Below, piece after piece: positions 38,680 through 50,361 of a stretch of DNA of 64,000 nt. How positions within the stretch are numbered: the stretch's first letter is position 1; each line of letters opens with the position of its first letter. The DNA is from Tubulanus polymorphus (lineage: Eukaryota > Animalia > Nemertea), in assembly GCF_964204645.1 (NCBI RefSeq), contig NC_134031.1:5394001-5458000 (forward strand), read 5' to 3'. A program made the translations under genes and the position numbers. Below the pieces are notes generated by a model. That model was not told the origin of the DNA, made no database searches, and saw only the letters and a program-made list of their open reading frames with translations.

Positions 38680-39416
38680 GAATTTATCGCAATAATTCCA
38701 TCTATATTTAGTTACCTTTTATGATTGCTGGGTTGATGATTTGATTCTAGCTGGCTGTGCGCTGTTCCAGTTGGTCGATTTTGGACGAGTAGTTGATCTC
38801 AAGCTAGCTTTTCCATATAGTTGAAATTTAGCTGCAATGATTAAAAGAAGTTATCCTGTAATGACAAGTTTTTTCAATGAGAATTTATCGCAATAATTCC
38901 ATCTATATTAAGTTACCTTTTATGATTGCTGGGTTCGTTATCGGCGTGGAACATCTAAGTTGATTGGTTGATGATTTTGATTCTAGTTGACTGTGCGCTG
39001 TTCCAGTTGGTCGATTTTGGACGAGTAGTTGATCTCAAGCTGGGTTTTTCATATAGTTGAAATTTAGCTGCAATGATTAAAAGAAGTTATCCTGTTATGA
39101 CAAGTTTTTTCAATGAGAATTTATCGCAATAATTCCATCTATATTAAGTTACCTTTTATGATTGCTGGGTTCGTTATCGGCGTGGATCATCTAAGTTGAT
39201 TGGTTGATGATTTGATTCTAGTTGGCTGTGCGCTGTTCCAGTTGGTCGATTTTGGATGAGTAGTTGATCTCAAGCTGGGTTTTTTCATATAGTTGAAATT
39301 TAGCTGCAATGATTAAAAGAAGTTATCCTGTAATGACAAGTTTTTTCAATTAGAATTTATCGCAATAATTCCATCTATATTAAGTTACCTTTTATGATTG
39401 CTGGGTTCATTATCGA
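38680..39416 (-). repeat. Tandem ~236-bp repeats, each shaped like a minus-strand exon + intron
   Basis: Units start at 38680, 38881, 39117, 39353. Minus strand reads cttcttttaatcattgcAG|...cataaaag|GTaact. Confidence 0.85.
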
Positions 39417-39465
39417 CGAGGGTCTCCTATGTTGGTTGTCTAATTTTTACATATTTTTTTTCATA

Positions 39466-39843
39466 TAACTTTTTTTCTGCCTAATTTAATACATTGAGAT
39501 TTTGGAAATAACTATATTTTACAATATTTGGTCTTTTTTTCATGTAAATACTCCGAAAGTTTACAAGGTTGAATAATTTTGTCTAAGTTTTTTACATTTC
39601 ATGGGTCTTTTTTTCATGTAAATAGTCCGAAAGTTTACAAGGTTTAAAAATTTCGTCTAACTTTAATTTTCTTGGTCGTTTTCACTGTTTAAATAGTCGA
39701 AGCACATAAGCGATTGATTGGGGTTAACTTTTTTTCTGCCTAATTTAATACATTGAGATTTTTGAAATAACTATATTTTACAATATTTGGTCTTTTGTCA
39801 TGTAAATAGTCCGAAAGTTTACAAGGTTGAAAAATTTTGTCTA
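39466..39843. repeat. Interspersed direct repeats (115-bp block x2 plus partial copy)
   Basis: taacttttttttctgcctaatttaatacattgagatttt...ccgaaagtttacaaggtt at ~39466 and ~39725; partial copy at ~39605. Confidence 0.8.
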
Positions 39844-40529
39844 GTTTTATATTCAAATTCGGAAATCAAAGTACAGATATAGTTGTGTGATCGGGGGTCG
39901 ATTTTACATAAATTTCGTTTTCTTTAAAACCAAGCACATAATTGGAAAATCCGGTTCCGGTTCATTCAATTAATCTTCCAACCAGTCTGAACCGACAGGC
40001 GACTGATTGGGGTCAATTAAGTTGACTGCCTATTTTAATACATCAATATTTGGAATATCTATATTACAAGGTTGAAGATCACTTTGTACATTTTATGACT
40101 AGTTGATTAATAGTATAGCTGAAAAAAAGAGCAAAATCTTGTGAGCAGAAAATCCTTTCGAATATCACTGATCATGATTAACGTGTCAATTCATACATGG
40201 ACCGGAAAGTAGATTTTGATAATAGTCAATTATTAAACGATTGAATTAATTAATCTATATTCATTCTAGATTCATGATATTGATTATTATAGTTTAACAA
40301 CAATTCGGGTAAAGCATCTCTAGCTATCTTGAGGAATACCAGAGTTACAGCAAATTTAATAATGCATAATCAATCTGTTCAAATTTTTTTTGTACTGTAG
40401 TTTCTCTTCTTCTATCTTCAGAAATTCTTGATGTTTTTCTTCCATGGGTGCTAAACACCCAGCGGCCAGTAGACTTTTATTAAAACCCAGGCCCATCATA
40501 CAGTGCAAACTTGCTAGTAATATTGCCCC

Positions 40530-43040
40530 CTATATACATTTCGATTGTCAGCTTAACCATGTTCATATTATCAAATTAACTTCATCGTCAATTAATAAAC
40601 TTTAAGAGATACGTTTTCTACCCACAGATGGTGACATCTGTGCCCAGTAAATGGTATTCTCATCAATTTCAGTAATTCTAAATATTGCACGTAAAATATA
40701 TACAATGATCTTGTAATTATGATAATATAACTAACTAGAGTGAGTGCGCTGCCAGCATTGAGCACACTGATCCTATAAGCAACATGGTTCTACAGATTTA
40801 AGAAACCTTGAATCATCCCCACACCTTGACAAATCCAGAATTCTGCAAAGCCTCAATGATTTAATAAATCCAACGCACAAGAGAGAAAAGAGAGTTAAAA
40901 CACTGTATAGGGTATAGGCCTAAACCAATAGTTAATTATACAGTTGTCTTATCGACCCATATGGTTTGGATTTGAGCACTTTTACCTTATATGAAGATGC
41001 TGAGTTAATCTTTATCGTAGATACCTAATAAATCAATTAATGTCCTAGCTATAATTAAAATTGTCTCGGACAATAATTTATTTGGGGCTTGAAATTTCTA
41101 CACGAGAAGAATTTCAGATCCCGTATAAATTTGAATTCATCATTATTTCAACTGCTAATTTTGCATCAGAGCTTTTGATACCTAGCTTAACGAACCCAGA
41201 ATTCCCCAAAACCTAACTGATTCAACAGATCCTTCACACATGTGGCCCAGTTAGACACAGACAGCATTGCACAATACAGTTGTCTCATCCACTGCGCTAT
41301 TTTCTAAATAATTTTCACTTATATTCATTATATTGAATTAATTTTAACGAATTTTCTAGATATCTAAGCGATCCGTTAATTAGTCATCATACTAGCTACA
41401 TCTTAATTATCAGTCAACAATATTTATATTGAGCCTGAAAATCTACACGAGTAGAATTTCAGATGTGGTGAATTCATCACTATTTGAATTCATCAGAAAT
41501 TAAGATAAAAGCACATTTTGAGTGGTAAATTAGAAATTCCCTTATAGCCGAATTGCTATGTAATCTTTAGTTCTTTTATTATATCTTTTACAGTACACTG
41601 TGTATAAGGATCGAAAGACCATGTTGTGACCAGACCTCCCTGGTGCGGTGCAAGACATGATGCTGTAATATAGTTTGAAGGAGAGGGGTTAGTAAAAGAG
41701 AGCTATTAGCAAGAGGAATAAGAAGTTTAGGATATCCTGTCAGATTAAGGCTCTCAATCTGACATACACAGTGAAATTGAAATATTCTCCCTTCCAAATT
41801 CAGGAATGTATTTTTGCACAGATTTGTTTTATCTCCCTTCAATCGGAAGTAAATCTGCGTTAAATGAATTTGGCAATATGTATCAAAACTAATACAGCTG
41901 TATGACGACACAATAGGTTCACTTTAGATACAGATAAATTATTAATTTGCTCAGATACACATGTATCAGCTACATTTTAAATGTCAATGGACTTGAATTT
42001 AAAAAAAAATTTCACATAACAATTGAATTAACCTTAATTGTAGATATCTAAGTAATACATTAATGAGTAATTCATCTTAGCTATATTCTAATTGTCAGTT
42101 AATAAACTATATCTATTATGCGTCACTTGACACACAGTAGGCCTATGGCTTTTGGATATCATTTGAATCAGTAAGGTTTTGGTAAGTTTTGGCAATATTG
42201 AAGAGCATGACCAGTCGCCGTAAGTACGGCAGTTGGAGATATAAATACTGATCAGTCGATGAGACTGATTCACTTATTATATAGATATGCTCAAATATAC
42301 ATATATCAGCTATATCTCAATTGTCAGTTTAATGATATTTATAATGGACCTGTATCACATATAAATTATTTCATACATAGCATATAAATAGTTTTTGATC
42401 TTACATGGAATATTAAATTCATCTTAATTGTGGATATCTAAGCCATTGGTTAATGAGCAATTTTTCCTAGCTATATATATGATGATTGTCAGTTAAACAA
42501 TAATCATAGCCCAAAACAAGGCACAGAGTATGGCTCTGGGGAATGATTTGGATTAATTAAAGCTTTCTTTATTCTAGATTTATCAAAGTGCTGAGACCTA
42601 ATCACAGTTTCTAAAAGACCCGCAGTCCATAGTTTTCCCCATATATATTACACCAGATCTCGATAGAGCCCTAGACAATATTTTATACATCTTTCCCCCA
42701 GGAATTCATTAATGTAATGGGTAAAGCAGCATATAATATATACTGTAAAGTGCCCAAATTGTCCTATCTAAAGTGTCCTATCTATATCTTGATTGTCAGT
42801 TAAACAAGCTATATGAGGCCTGAAATATCTACCGTACATTCGGAAAATTTCACATAAGATATTGAATTTACCTTAATTGTACATACTTGAAAAATATTTT
42901 CATCAATAACTGACCAATCTACCTTTAATTATCAGACCAAAGAATAGTCAAGGGACCTCACTCAATCATTTCATCTAATATTGTAAATATTCAAGCAATC
43001 ATTGCCCTAGCTATATTTCAATTTACTTTAACCAATATAC
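40530..43040. repeat. Highly degenerate AT-rich repeat array
   Basis: Recurring blocks such as ttgaatt..ccttaattgtagatatctaag..ctagctata..attgtcagtt at ~41340, 42020, 42415, 42780-42880, 42980. Confidence 0.6.
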
Positions 43041-43491
43041 CGGCCATAGAGCTTCAATAAAGTAGTGCGGAGATGGTGAGCTTGACCAGCGTCTGTATCC
43101 TCACCAGTGCCTATGCATTCTACCCCAGATATGAAAAATCAACTTAGCTTTATGTATGTATGCATTCCTGTTGCCATGCAGGATGAGACTGCCAGGTTTG
43201 GTTGCTCAGGTCTTTCGGTGTTTGGTTCATTCAACGTGGAGTCTTTTGTGGGCACTTCTAGTGGGAAGATTTTAGATGGGCCTTTCCGGATTAACCTGAA
43301 ATGAGTAAAAGAACGATATTCTGTAGTTACACAATCCTTTCTGTATCATACAACGAAATTTACACATGTATCATATTAACTTTCAATATTGCTGAGTTCA
43401 GTGTTCTTCTGTAGTCGCCTTCAGCATCTTCTTCTTCATCTTGGGAGTCCTGAAATGAAAAAAAAAGAGAAGAGCGATGAAAACCTGGTAC

Positions 43492-44290
43492 GGAACAAAA
43501 CTAATATCCGAAAGCTTTTCAGCTCTCTGTCGCCGGTCACATGCCCAGAACACCAGACAATGACCCAGCCAGGAATATACTGCCCTCTACACGCCCTCAC
43601 ACAGAACGCGAAAACCAGGATGACGACGCCTTACTTTCACCATTTACCGACAGGGTGTGCCGGGTGACGTCAGTAACTGACAAACCTATCAAATTGCCCA
43701 AGCCAAAAATAGGGCAGTGCAACTGGATTGCCCAGACTAGCACTCAAAGGAAGACAAGACTTAATCCCGCCCGAAGCGACCCACAGGGAATCAATGAATA
43801 CTAACACTCAAAGGAAGACAGGGAAATTAATCCCTGCCCGAAACAATCCCTTAAAGGGAATCAATGAATGCTAGCACGCAAGCGATCCCGCAGTGAATCA
43901 ATGAATCCTAGCACGCAAAGGAAGACAGGGAAATTAATCCCTGCCCGAAGCAATCCCTTAAAAGGAATCAATGAATGCTAGAACGCAAAGGAAGACAAGA
44001 CTAAATCTTTGTCCGAAGCAATTCCTGAAAAGGAATCAATGAATACTAGTAGACAGTCCAGCTTTACCACTCCATTTTTAACCTGTGCAATCCGACTGAC
44101 TTGCCCGTCATTGACGTCACCCAGCACACTCTGTTGATACATGGGGAGAGTGAGGCCTCATCATCCTGGTTTTTGTGTTCCGTATGAGGGCGTGTAGAGG
44201 GCAGCCATTTCCTTACCGACTCTTTGTCTGACATCCTCGACATGTGACCGGCGAAGGAGAGCTGACGCTTTCAGACATTAGTTTTGTTCC
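43492..44290 (-). ncRNA. Candidate structured RNA: ~250-bp imperfect stem enclosing ~4.5 tandem ~65-70-nt structured modules
   Basis: Arms 43492-43740 and 44046-44290 are reverse complements. Most transition mismatches give G-U only on the minus strand. Loop modules show compensatory stem changes. Confidence 0.55.
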
Positions 44291-44949
44291 AGCAAACGTT
44301 GAAATTCGACAGAGAAATCGGCCCTGAAAAATAAAACGGGTTAATCCCTGAAAAATAGAACGGATAAATAAACACAGAACAGTACAGGACAGCACAGAGA
44401 CGAACAGTAACACATAAAACATAAAGACGTCGTTCCTCAGGAAGCAGGAACAGGAGCAGGAGCGGGAGCGCAGCGAAAATCGCCAGGAGGAGAATCCACG
44501 GTAGCAGCATGTTCACAGTGTGAGTGTGCAGAGGTGAATGGCCTATGCTTGTACTACACCGTGGTCAGCCGGTGACGTATTCAATAGGGCATGTGAATGC
44601 TATCAACAACTCTGAAAAACCACTATTGTGTCTCTATTGTTGAATGGATTTACCTTGAATACGCGCCAGTAGCCAGCCGAACCTATCGTGGAACTTTAAG
44701 GCCATATAAAATAAATTACTTGATTCTCGACTCTAGAATTTAGCGCCGCTTGGTTTTTTTCAGTCTGTTGCGGTCGGCTCCAGTCAGTCGGCTCCGGTCG
44801 TACTCTTCGAGCGTAAGTCGATCGTTCGTCTGGGGTCTTAACCTGCTGAAATGAAAGCAAGAAAACGAGTTCGATTTAAAAGGTTACAGTCCTCAAATAA
44901 TAAATACAGAATTAAATAAACCTTGAACGCTGGAGTCCAGACTTTTTGA

Positions 44950-45031
44950 AATAATTAATATTTTTAAAAGTGGGACAGGCATGTTTTGTGGAACAACAGA
45001 CGTCAAATTCATCTGTGTTTTCTATTTCTAC
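44950..45031. repeat. ~85-bp direct repeat of 35474-35555 (promoter-like on the minus strand)
   Basis: aataattaatatttt..aaaagtgggacag..tttgtggaacaacag(a/g)cgtcaaattcatctgtg in both places. Confidence 0.8.
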
Positions 45032-45498
45032 AAATCACTATTGAATTGTAAACAGTTGACACAGTGATAATTAAAAGTTAATTATTTCAATGGTATTTAT
45101 CTGCCAGTTTTGGGCAACTGCAGCCCCGGGTCAGTGATGGACTGGTCAGGATTGACTGACCCCACCTGAAAAAGAAACTTTGACCAATTTTGCATTTTGT
45201 AACAAGATGTGGCTCGAGCGGGATGCTGCGATCGTATTCCGCCACCAAAAAGAGGAAAACAATTTTAACTCGTACAGAATAGATCATTTTACCCGGCGGG
45301 CAAATCAAATTGCTCACGCGGGTTCAACTTTGAACCGGTCGAATCGTGCGAGTCCGGGTACTAACCGGACATCATTTTTTCCACACGTTCAACACTTGCC
45401 AATTTGACAAGACAGGTAAAAAGAATTACTAGGTCTTGGTCCTACGAAAAAATAGATATCGTAGCAGCATTTCTATGAACCGACCGTATCTTATCACG

Positions 45499-47005
45499 AT
45501 GAATACATCGTCGGAAACTTTCACTCTACTTTCACCGGCGCCACTCGGCTTCCTGTTGGTCGGTATCATCGGCACGTTGGCGAATTCACTGGTCATAGTA
45601 GTTTTCATCGGCGTTCCATCGATGTTGTTAAAACTTACAAACATTTATATCTTGAATCAATCGCTAATTGACGGGACTTTGTCCATAATTCTGATCGGCA
45701 CGAGCGTCCGCGAACATATGATGTTCGCACCGAGCGACTTCGACGGCAAAGTGTTGTTTTGCCGGCTTATTTTGTCTCGCGTATTTCTATGGAGCTTGCT
45801 TTACAGTTCCAGCTACAATCTCATCATCATGTCACTCGAAAAATACGTAGCTATCTGCCACCCCTTTAAACACGAGCGATTTTTTTCTCGGAACCGGGTT
45901 TACGTGACGCTGGTAATTGCTTGGATGTTCGGTTTAATATGGGGTATGCAGAACGCCATCACGACTGTTTACATCGACGGGCGATGTATGTTCAACTCCG
46001 TATGGCTGGGGCACTGGAAAGAGGCTTTCGCCTATATGAATTTACCCGTTCAACTGGTTGTTCCTGTCGCTGTCATGGGATATGTTTACTTCGCTATCGC
46101 AAAAACAATTTCCAATAGCATGAAGGTAGGATTGATAGCTATTAGCCGAAATGATGTTGTTATCGAAACGGTGCATAAAGCAATATAAAGAATATCCTCG
46201 TCAAATTCTTCTCAGGAAAGGTTTTTACGGACCATAATAGTAATTGAATTCAATTACGATAATTTTCCCATATTTATGGATGATCTTATACCCTTAAACA
46301 TTGAGTAAAATCCTATTGTCATCCAGGCAAAGATTTTCCTATAAGTGAACATTAAGACTGTCTCTTTATTAGTAGAAGTTGTCAATTGATAGGTTTTTCC
46401 CATTCACTAGAATCCTAACGGAACAATCATCATATATAGGCCTACCAAGGACTCCCTATTCATTCACGTTCGATCGGTATTTTAGTCCTTTCAAAATTCG
46501 GGTGAACAGACTTTTGGAGCCTTTTGAACTACAAGATATATTAATCATTTATCTTGTACACACGAGTCAGTTCAAATTACACTCAAATAGGTCACAAAAT
46601 ACGAATAAAATATGTATAAAAGACAATCTTTGGTTATTTTTTAAAAAATGGGGAAAGTGAATGAGTTATTAGTTATCGGAGGCTCGCACTATATTTCTAC
46701 CACAGGCTGTCGGTGAGACGACCGGAAGTGACGTTGACCACCGGAATTCGAAGTTGCAACGCGCGCAAAAGAATGTCATACGCACTTTGGTCATCGTGTT
46801 TATTTCATTTCTGTTCTGTTGGTCCTGGAACACGATATACATAGCGATGTTTTATTTCCACGTACCGGGCGTCAATCTGAACAACATCTTCTATTTCTCG
46901 ACTGTAATCATCGCGTATTCTAACTCTAGTTGGAATCCGTTCATATATTGTTTTGCGTATGCCGAGTTTAGGAACGCTCTCGTGAAGGTGTTTCGTTGTG
47001 GATAA
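45499..47005 (+). CDS. Class A GPCR, galanin/allatostatin-receptor-like, copy 1; exons 45499-46125, 46706-47005 (308 aa)
   Basis: TM1 'GTLANSLV', TM2 'LNQSLID', TM3 'SLEKYVAICHP', TM6 'FLFCWSW', TM7 'NSSWNPFIYCF'. Phase-0 intron in ICL3. Confidence 0.92.
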
Positions 47006-48846
47006 ACCTGGCGTAGTAGATATTAAACAACTTTTGGAGATCACAATCGTCGCATTTTTCCCTTATCTCTGGAACACGTGATTCCCTTCAAATTCCCTTC
47101 AAAAAACGTTGTAAAAAACGTTTCATCTGCTCTTAAAGGAAAAAAACGTTGTAACGACGAAAGAGCATAAGTAAAATCCATGATTGCTATGCAGTAGTGT
47201 TCATTACTATATGATATCTTCACTATTTCAATGTACTTCTACGGGTTTTCGATGTGGGCAATTGGACATGACTTTAACTGAGCCCTATGCCTTTCATCTT
47301 AACGTTAAAGGTTCGAGAAGAACAGCTGTATGAAATCGGTAATTCATGGTTTAATGTGAAGTGCAATACATACAAAGGATCTGGCGCGACCAATCGGATC
47401 GCTGAATCTTTATCAATGTATCATTAGTCGAATTTGATGGAGACTTTAGATCTCATGAACAAAGAACGAAACCAAGTGGAAATTATGAAAGTTAAGTTTC
47501 TGGAAATGACCACCAAATAATGTTGACTCCCATATCACCTATAATGGTGCTATGTAGAAATATCGAAAAAAAGACTTGATAGAAAACCCGAGGATTGTAA
47601 CTGATGATTATAGCACAAGAAGATTGTGGTCAAATATCTAATTTATGATAATTGCTTTTCATTTCAAATATTTCTTTCATTGTCATTGTAAATGAAACGG
47701 ATTCTATTGATATTCATTAACTGACTGATTTCCCTGATAAACCTGAAGTGGTTAATTTCATTGTGCACCAAAGAAAACGTTAAACGTTAGATTTTGAGTA
47801 ACATTTCATTACCAGCATCAGCTCCAATCTACAGCCTACTGTTGACGTTAAACTCTTACAATACAATACCATACATAAGGGATCAATATATATCTAAAAT
47901 ATATAAGCTTTTTTGTTTATCAATCTAAAAAGAATTAACAGATATAAAACATTATAAAAAACATAAGTTGAAATTTGGGGACCAAAATGGCACCACGCGC
48001 CATTTCAGAAATCCTTCCTTCTCGTAATGTCTACATCCTCGAATACCCTACTACTGCCCACATGTGGATTCTGAGTCTCCCAAGCAAATAAAGGTGCGCC
48101 CCCATTTGGATATTCTGACTCATTAGAATGGAGGGACAATTTTGTGCCTGAAAAACTCCTAAATATTGATTTATATTACAACGTTAAATTATTATTTCGT
48201 CGAATAAAGTGGTTAATAAAGTGTTTTAGCGATTTGATTCAATAATTCCCTGATACGGATATTTTGCGGCTCCTGCCCCGACACAGATATTCCCGGTTTG
48301 GATATAAGAGCGCACTGCCGCGATATGGAGCTACCCTTACCTCGATTGATCAGTATTGAATGTCTATACTCAGATCCAGAGAAGGGTAGCTCCGAGTGTA
48401 TACAAATCGCGGCATCCATGTAGAACAAATGGTGTGGGCTGGGTGCTCCCCTTTGATCAGATGAACGGATTAAAACGGATTTTCACGGAAGAAAAATTCC
48501 CAGAAACAATTTTATTTCCATGAAAAGCAATTTAATCCATGCCCAAACCAGGCGGCGGCCGACGAATTTCTACCAGTTGTGAAGGTGCATGGCTTTTTCT
48601 AAGAATTTTAATACCGCGACACTACCATTACAAGCATGGATTGTAAACTGCTGGTACCCAGGTTTTTCAGCCAGAGTACTGCTGATACTAATTTGAAGTA
48701 AAGCGTGCACTGTAAGCCAATATGTCAATATTGCGAATAAACTTTATAAATATCAAATTCTCAATTAAACCGTTGCAAGAACTATCTGAAAAAAATGTTT
48801 ATATAAATTGAGTAATCTGATCTGTTGTACACCGTATCTTATCACG

Positions 48847-50361
48847 ATGAATACATCGTCGGAAACTTTCACTCTACTCTCACCGGCGCCACTCGGCTTC
48901 CTGATGGTCGGTATCATCGGGACGTTGGCGAATTCACTGGTCATAGTAGTTTTCATCAGCGTTCCATCGATGTTATTGAAACTTACAAACATCTATATCT
49001 TGAATCAATCGCTAATTGACGGGACTTTGTCCATAATTCTGATCGGCACGAGCGTCCGCGAACATATGATGTTCGCACCGAGCGACTTCGACGGCAAAGT
49101 GTTGTTTTGCCGGCTTATTTTGTCTCGCGTATTTCTATGGAGCTTGCTTTACAGTTCCAGCTACAATCTCGTCATCATGTCACTCGAAAAATACGTAGCT
49201 ATCTGCCACCCTTTTAAACACGAGCGATTTTTTTCTCGGAGCCGGGTTTTCGTGACGCTGGTAATTGCTTGGATGTTCGGTTTAATATGGGGTATGCAGA
49301 ACGCCATCACGACTGTTTACATCGACGGGCGATGTATGTTCAACTCCGTATGGCTGGGGCACTGGAAGGAGGCTTTCGCCTATATGAATTTACCCGTTCA
49401 ACTGGTTGTTCCTGTCGCTGTCATGGGATATGTTTACATCGCTATCGCAAAAACAATTTCCAATAGCATGAAGGTAGGGTTGATAACTATAAGCCGAAAT
49501 AATGTGGTTATCGTAACAATATAAAAAATATCCTCGTCAAATTCTTCTCAGGAAACGTTTTTACGAACCACAATAGTAATTGAATTCGTGAGTTAACGAT
49601 AATTTTTCCATCTTTGTGGCTGATCTTATACCCTTAAACATTGAGTAAAAACCTATTGTCATCCAGGCAAAGATTTTCATATAAGTGAACATCAAGACCG
49701 TCCTCTACTAGTAGAAGTTGTCGATTGATAGGTTTTTCCCATTTACTAAAATCCTCATGGAACAATCATCATATATAGGCCTACCAACGACTCCCTATTC
49801 ATTCACGTTCGATCAGTATTTTAGTCCTTTCAAAATTCGGGTGAACAGACTTTTGAAGCCTTTTGAGCTATAAGATGTATTTATCATTTATCTTGTACAC
49901 ACGAGTCAGTTCAAATTACACCCACATAGGTCACAACATAAATAACATACGAATAAAAAATGTATAAAAGACCATCTTTGGTTATTTCTTAGATAATGGG
50001 GAAAGTGAATGAGTTATTAGTTATCGGAGGCTCGCACTATTTGCTTTTATTTTTAACACAGGCTGTCGGTGAGACGACCGGAAGTGACGTTGACCACCGG
50101 AATTCGAAGTTGCAACGCGCGCAAAAGAATGTCATACGCACTTTGGTCATCGTGTTTATTTCATTTCTGTTCTGTTGGTCCTGGAACACGATATACATAA
50201 CGATGTTTTATTTCCGCGTACCGGGCGTCAATCTGAATAACATCTTCTATTTCTCGACTGTAATCATCGCGTATTCTAACTCTAGTTGGAATCCGTTCAT
50301 ATATTGTTTCGCGTATGCCGAGTTTAAGAACGCTCTCTTGAAAGTGTTTTGCTGTGGATAA
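48847..50361 (+). CDS. Class A GPCR, galanin/allatostatin-receptor-like, copy 2; exons 48847-49473, 50062-50361 (308 aa)
   Basis: Near-identical paralog of copy 1 with the same exon lengths (627 + 300 nt). Confidence 0.92.

Larger units (their letters stand above)
34252..45482. mobile_element. Large (~11.2 kb) non-coding insertion, probably a non-autonomous or composite mobile element
   Basis: Absent from the paralogous site (tgtac-a-ccgtatc, 48826-48838). ccatcactgacc motif at 34806/34920 and inverted at 45129-45140. No ORF with recognisable homology. Confidence 0.7.

Noticed and set aside
43737-44050. Hammerhead ribozyme array on the plus strand (three stems, cGAAAc in one unit)
   Set aside because: The core reads CAAAGGA rather than CUGANGA, most units have GAAG, and the stems pair properly only on the minus strand.
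44271-44516. Hydrophobic ORF MLLPWILLLAIFAALPLLLLFLL as a secreted or membrane peptide
   Set aside because: Derives from a low-complexity (gctcct)n tract, with no consistent downstream coding exons; cannot be supported.
34252-45482. Autonomous transposase or helicase gene in the insertion
   Set aside because: No ORF longer than ~110 aa and no recognisable DDE, RepHel, tyrosine recombinase or RT motifs.
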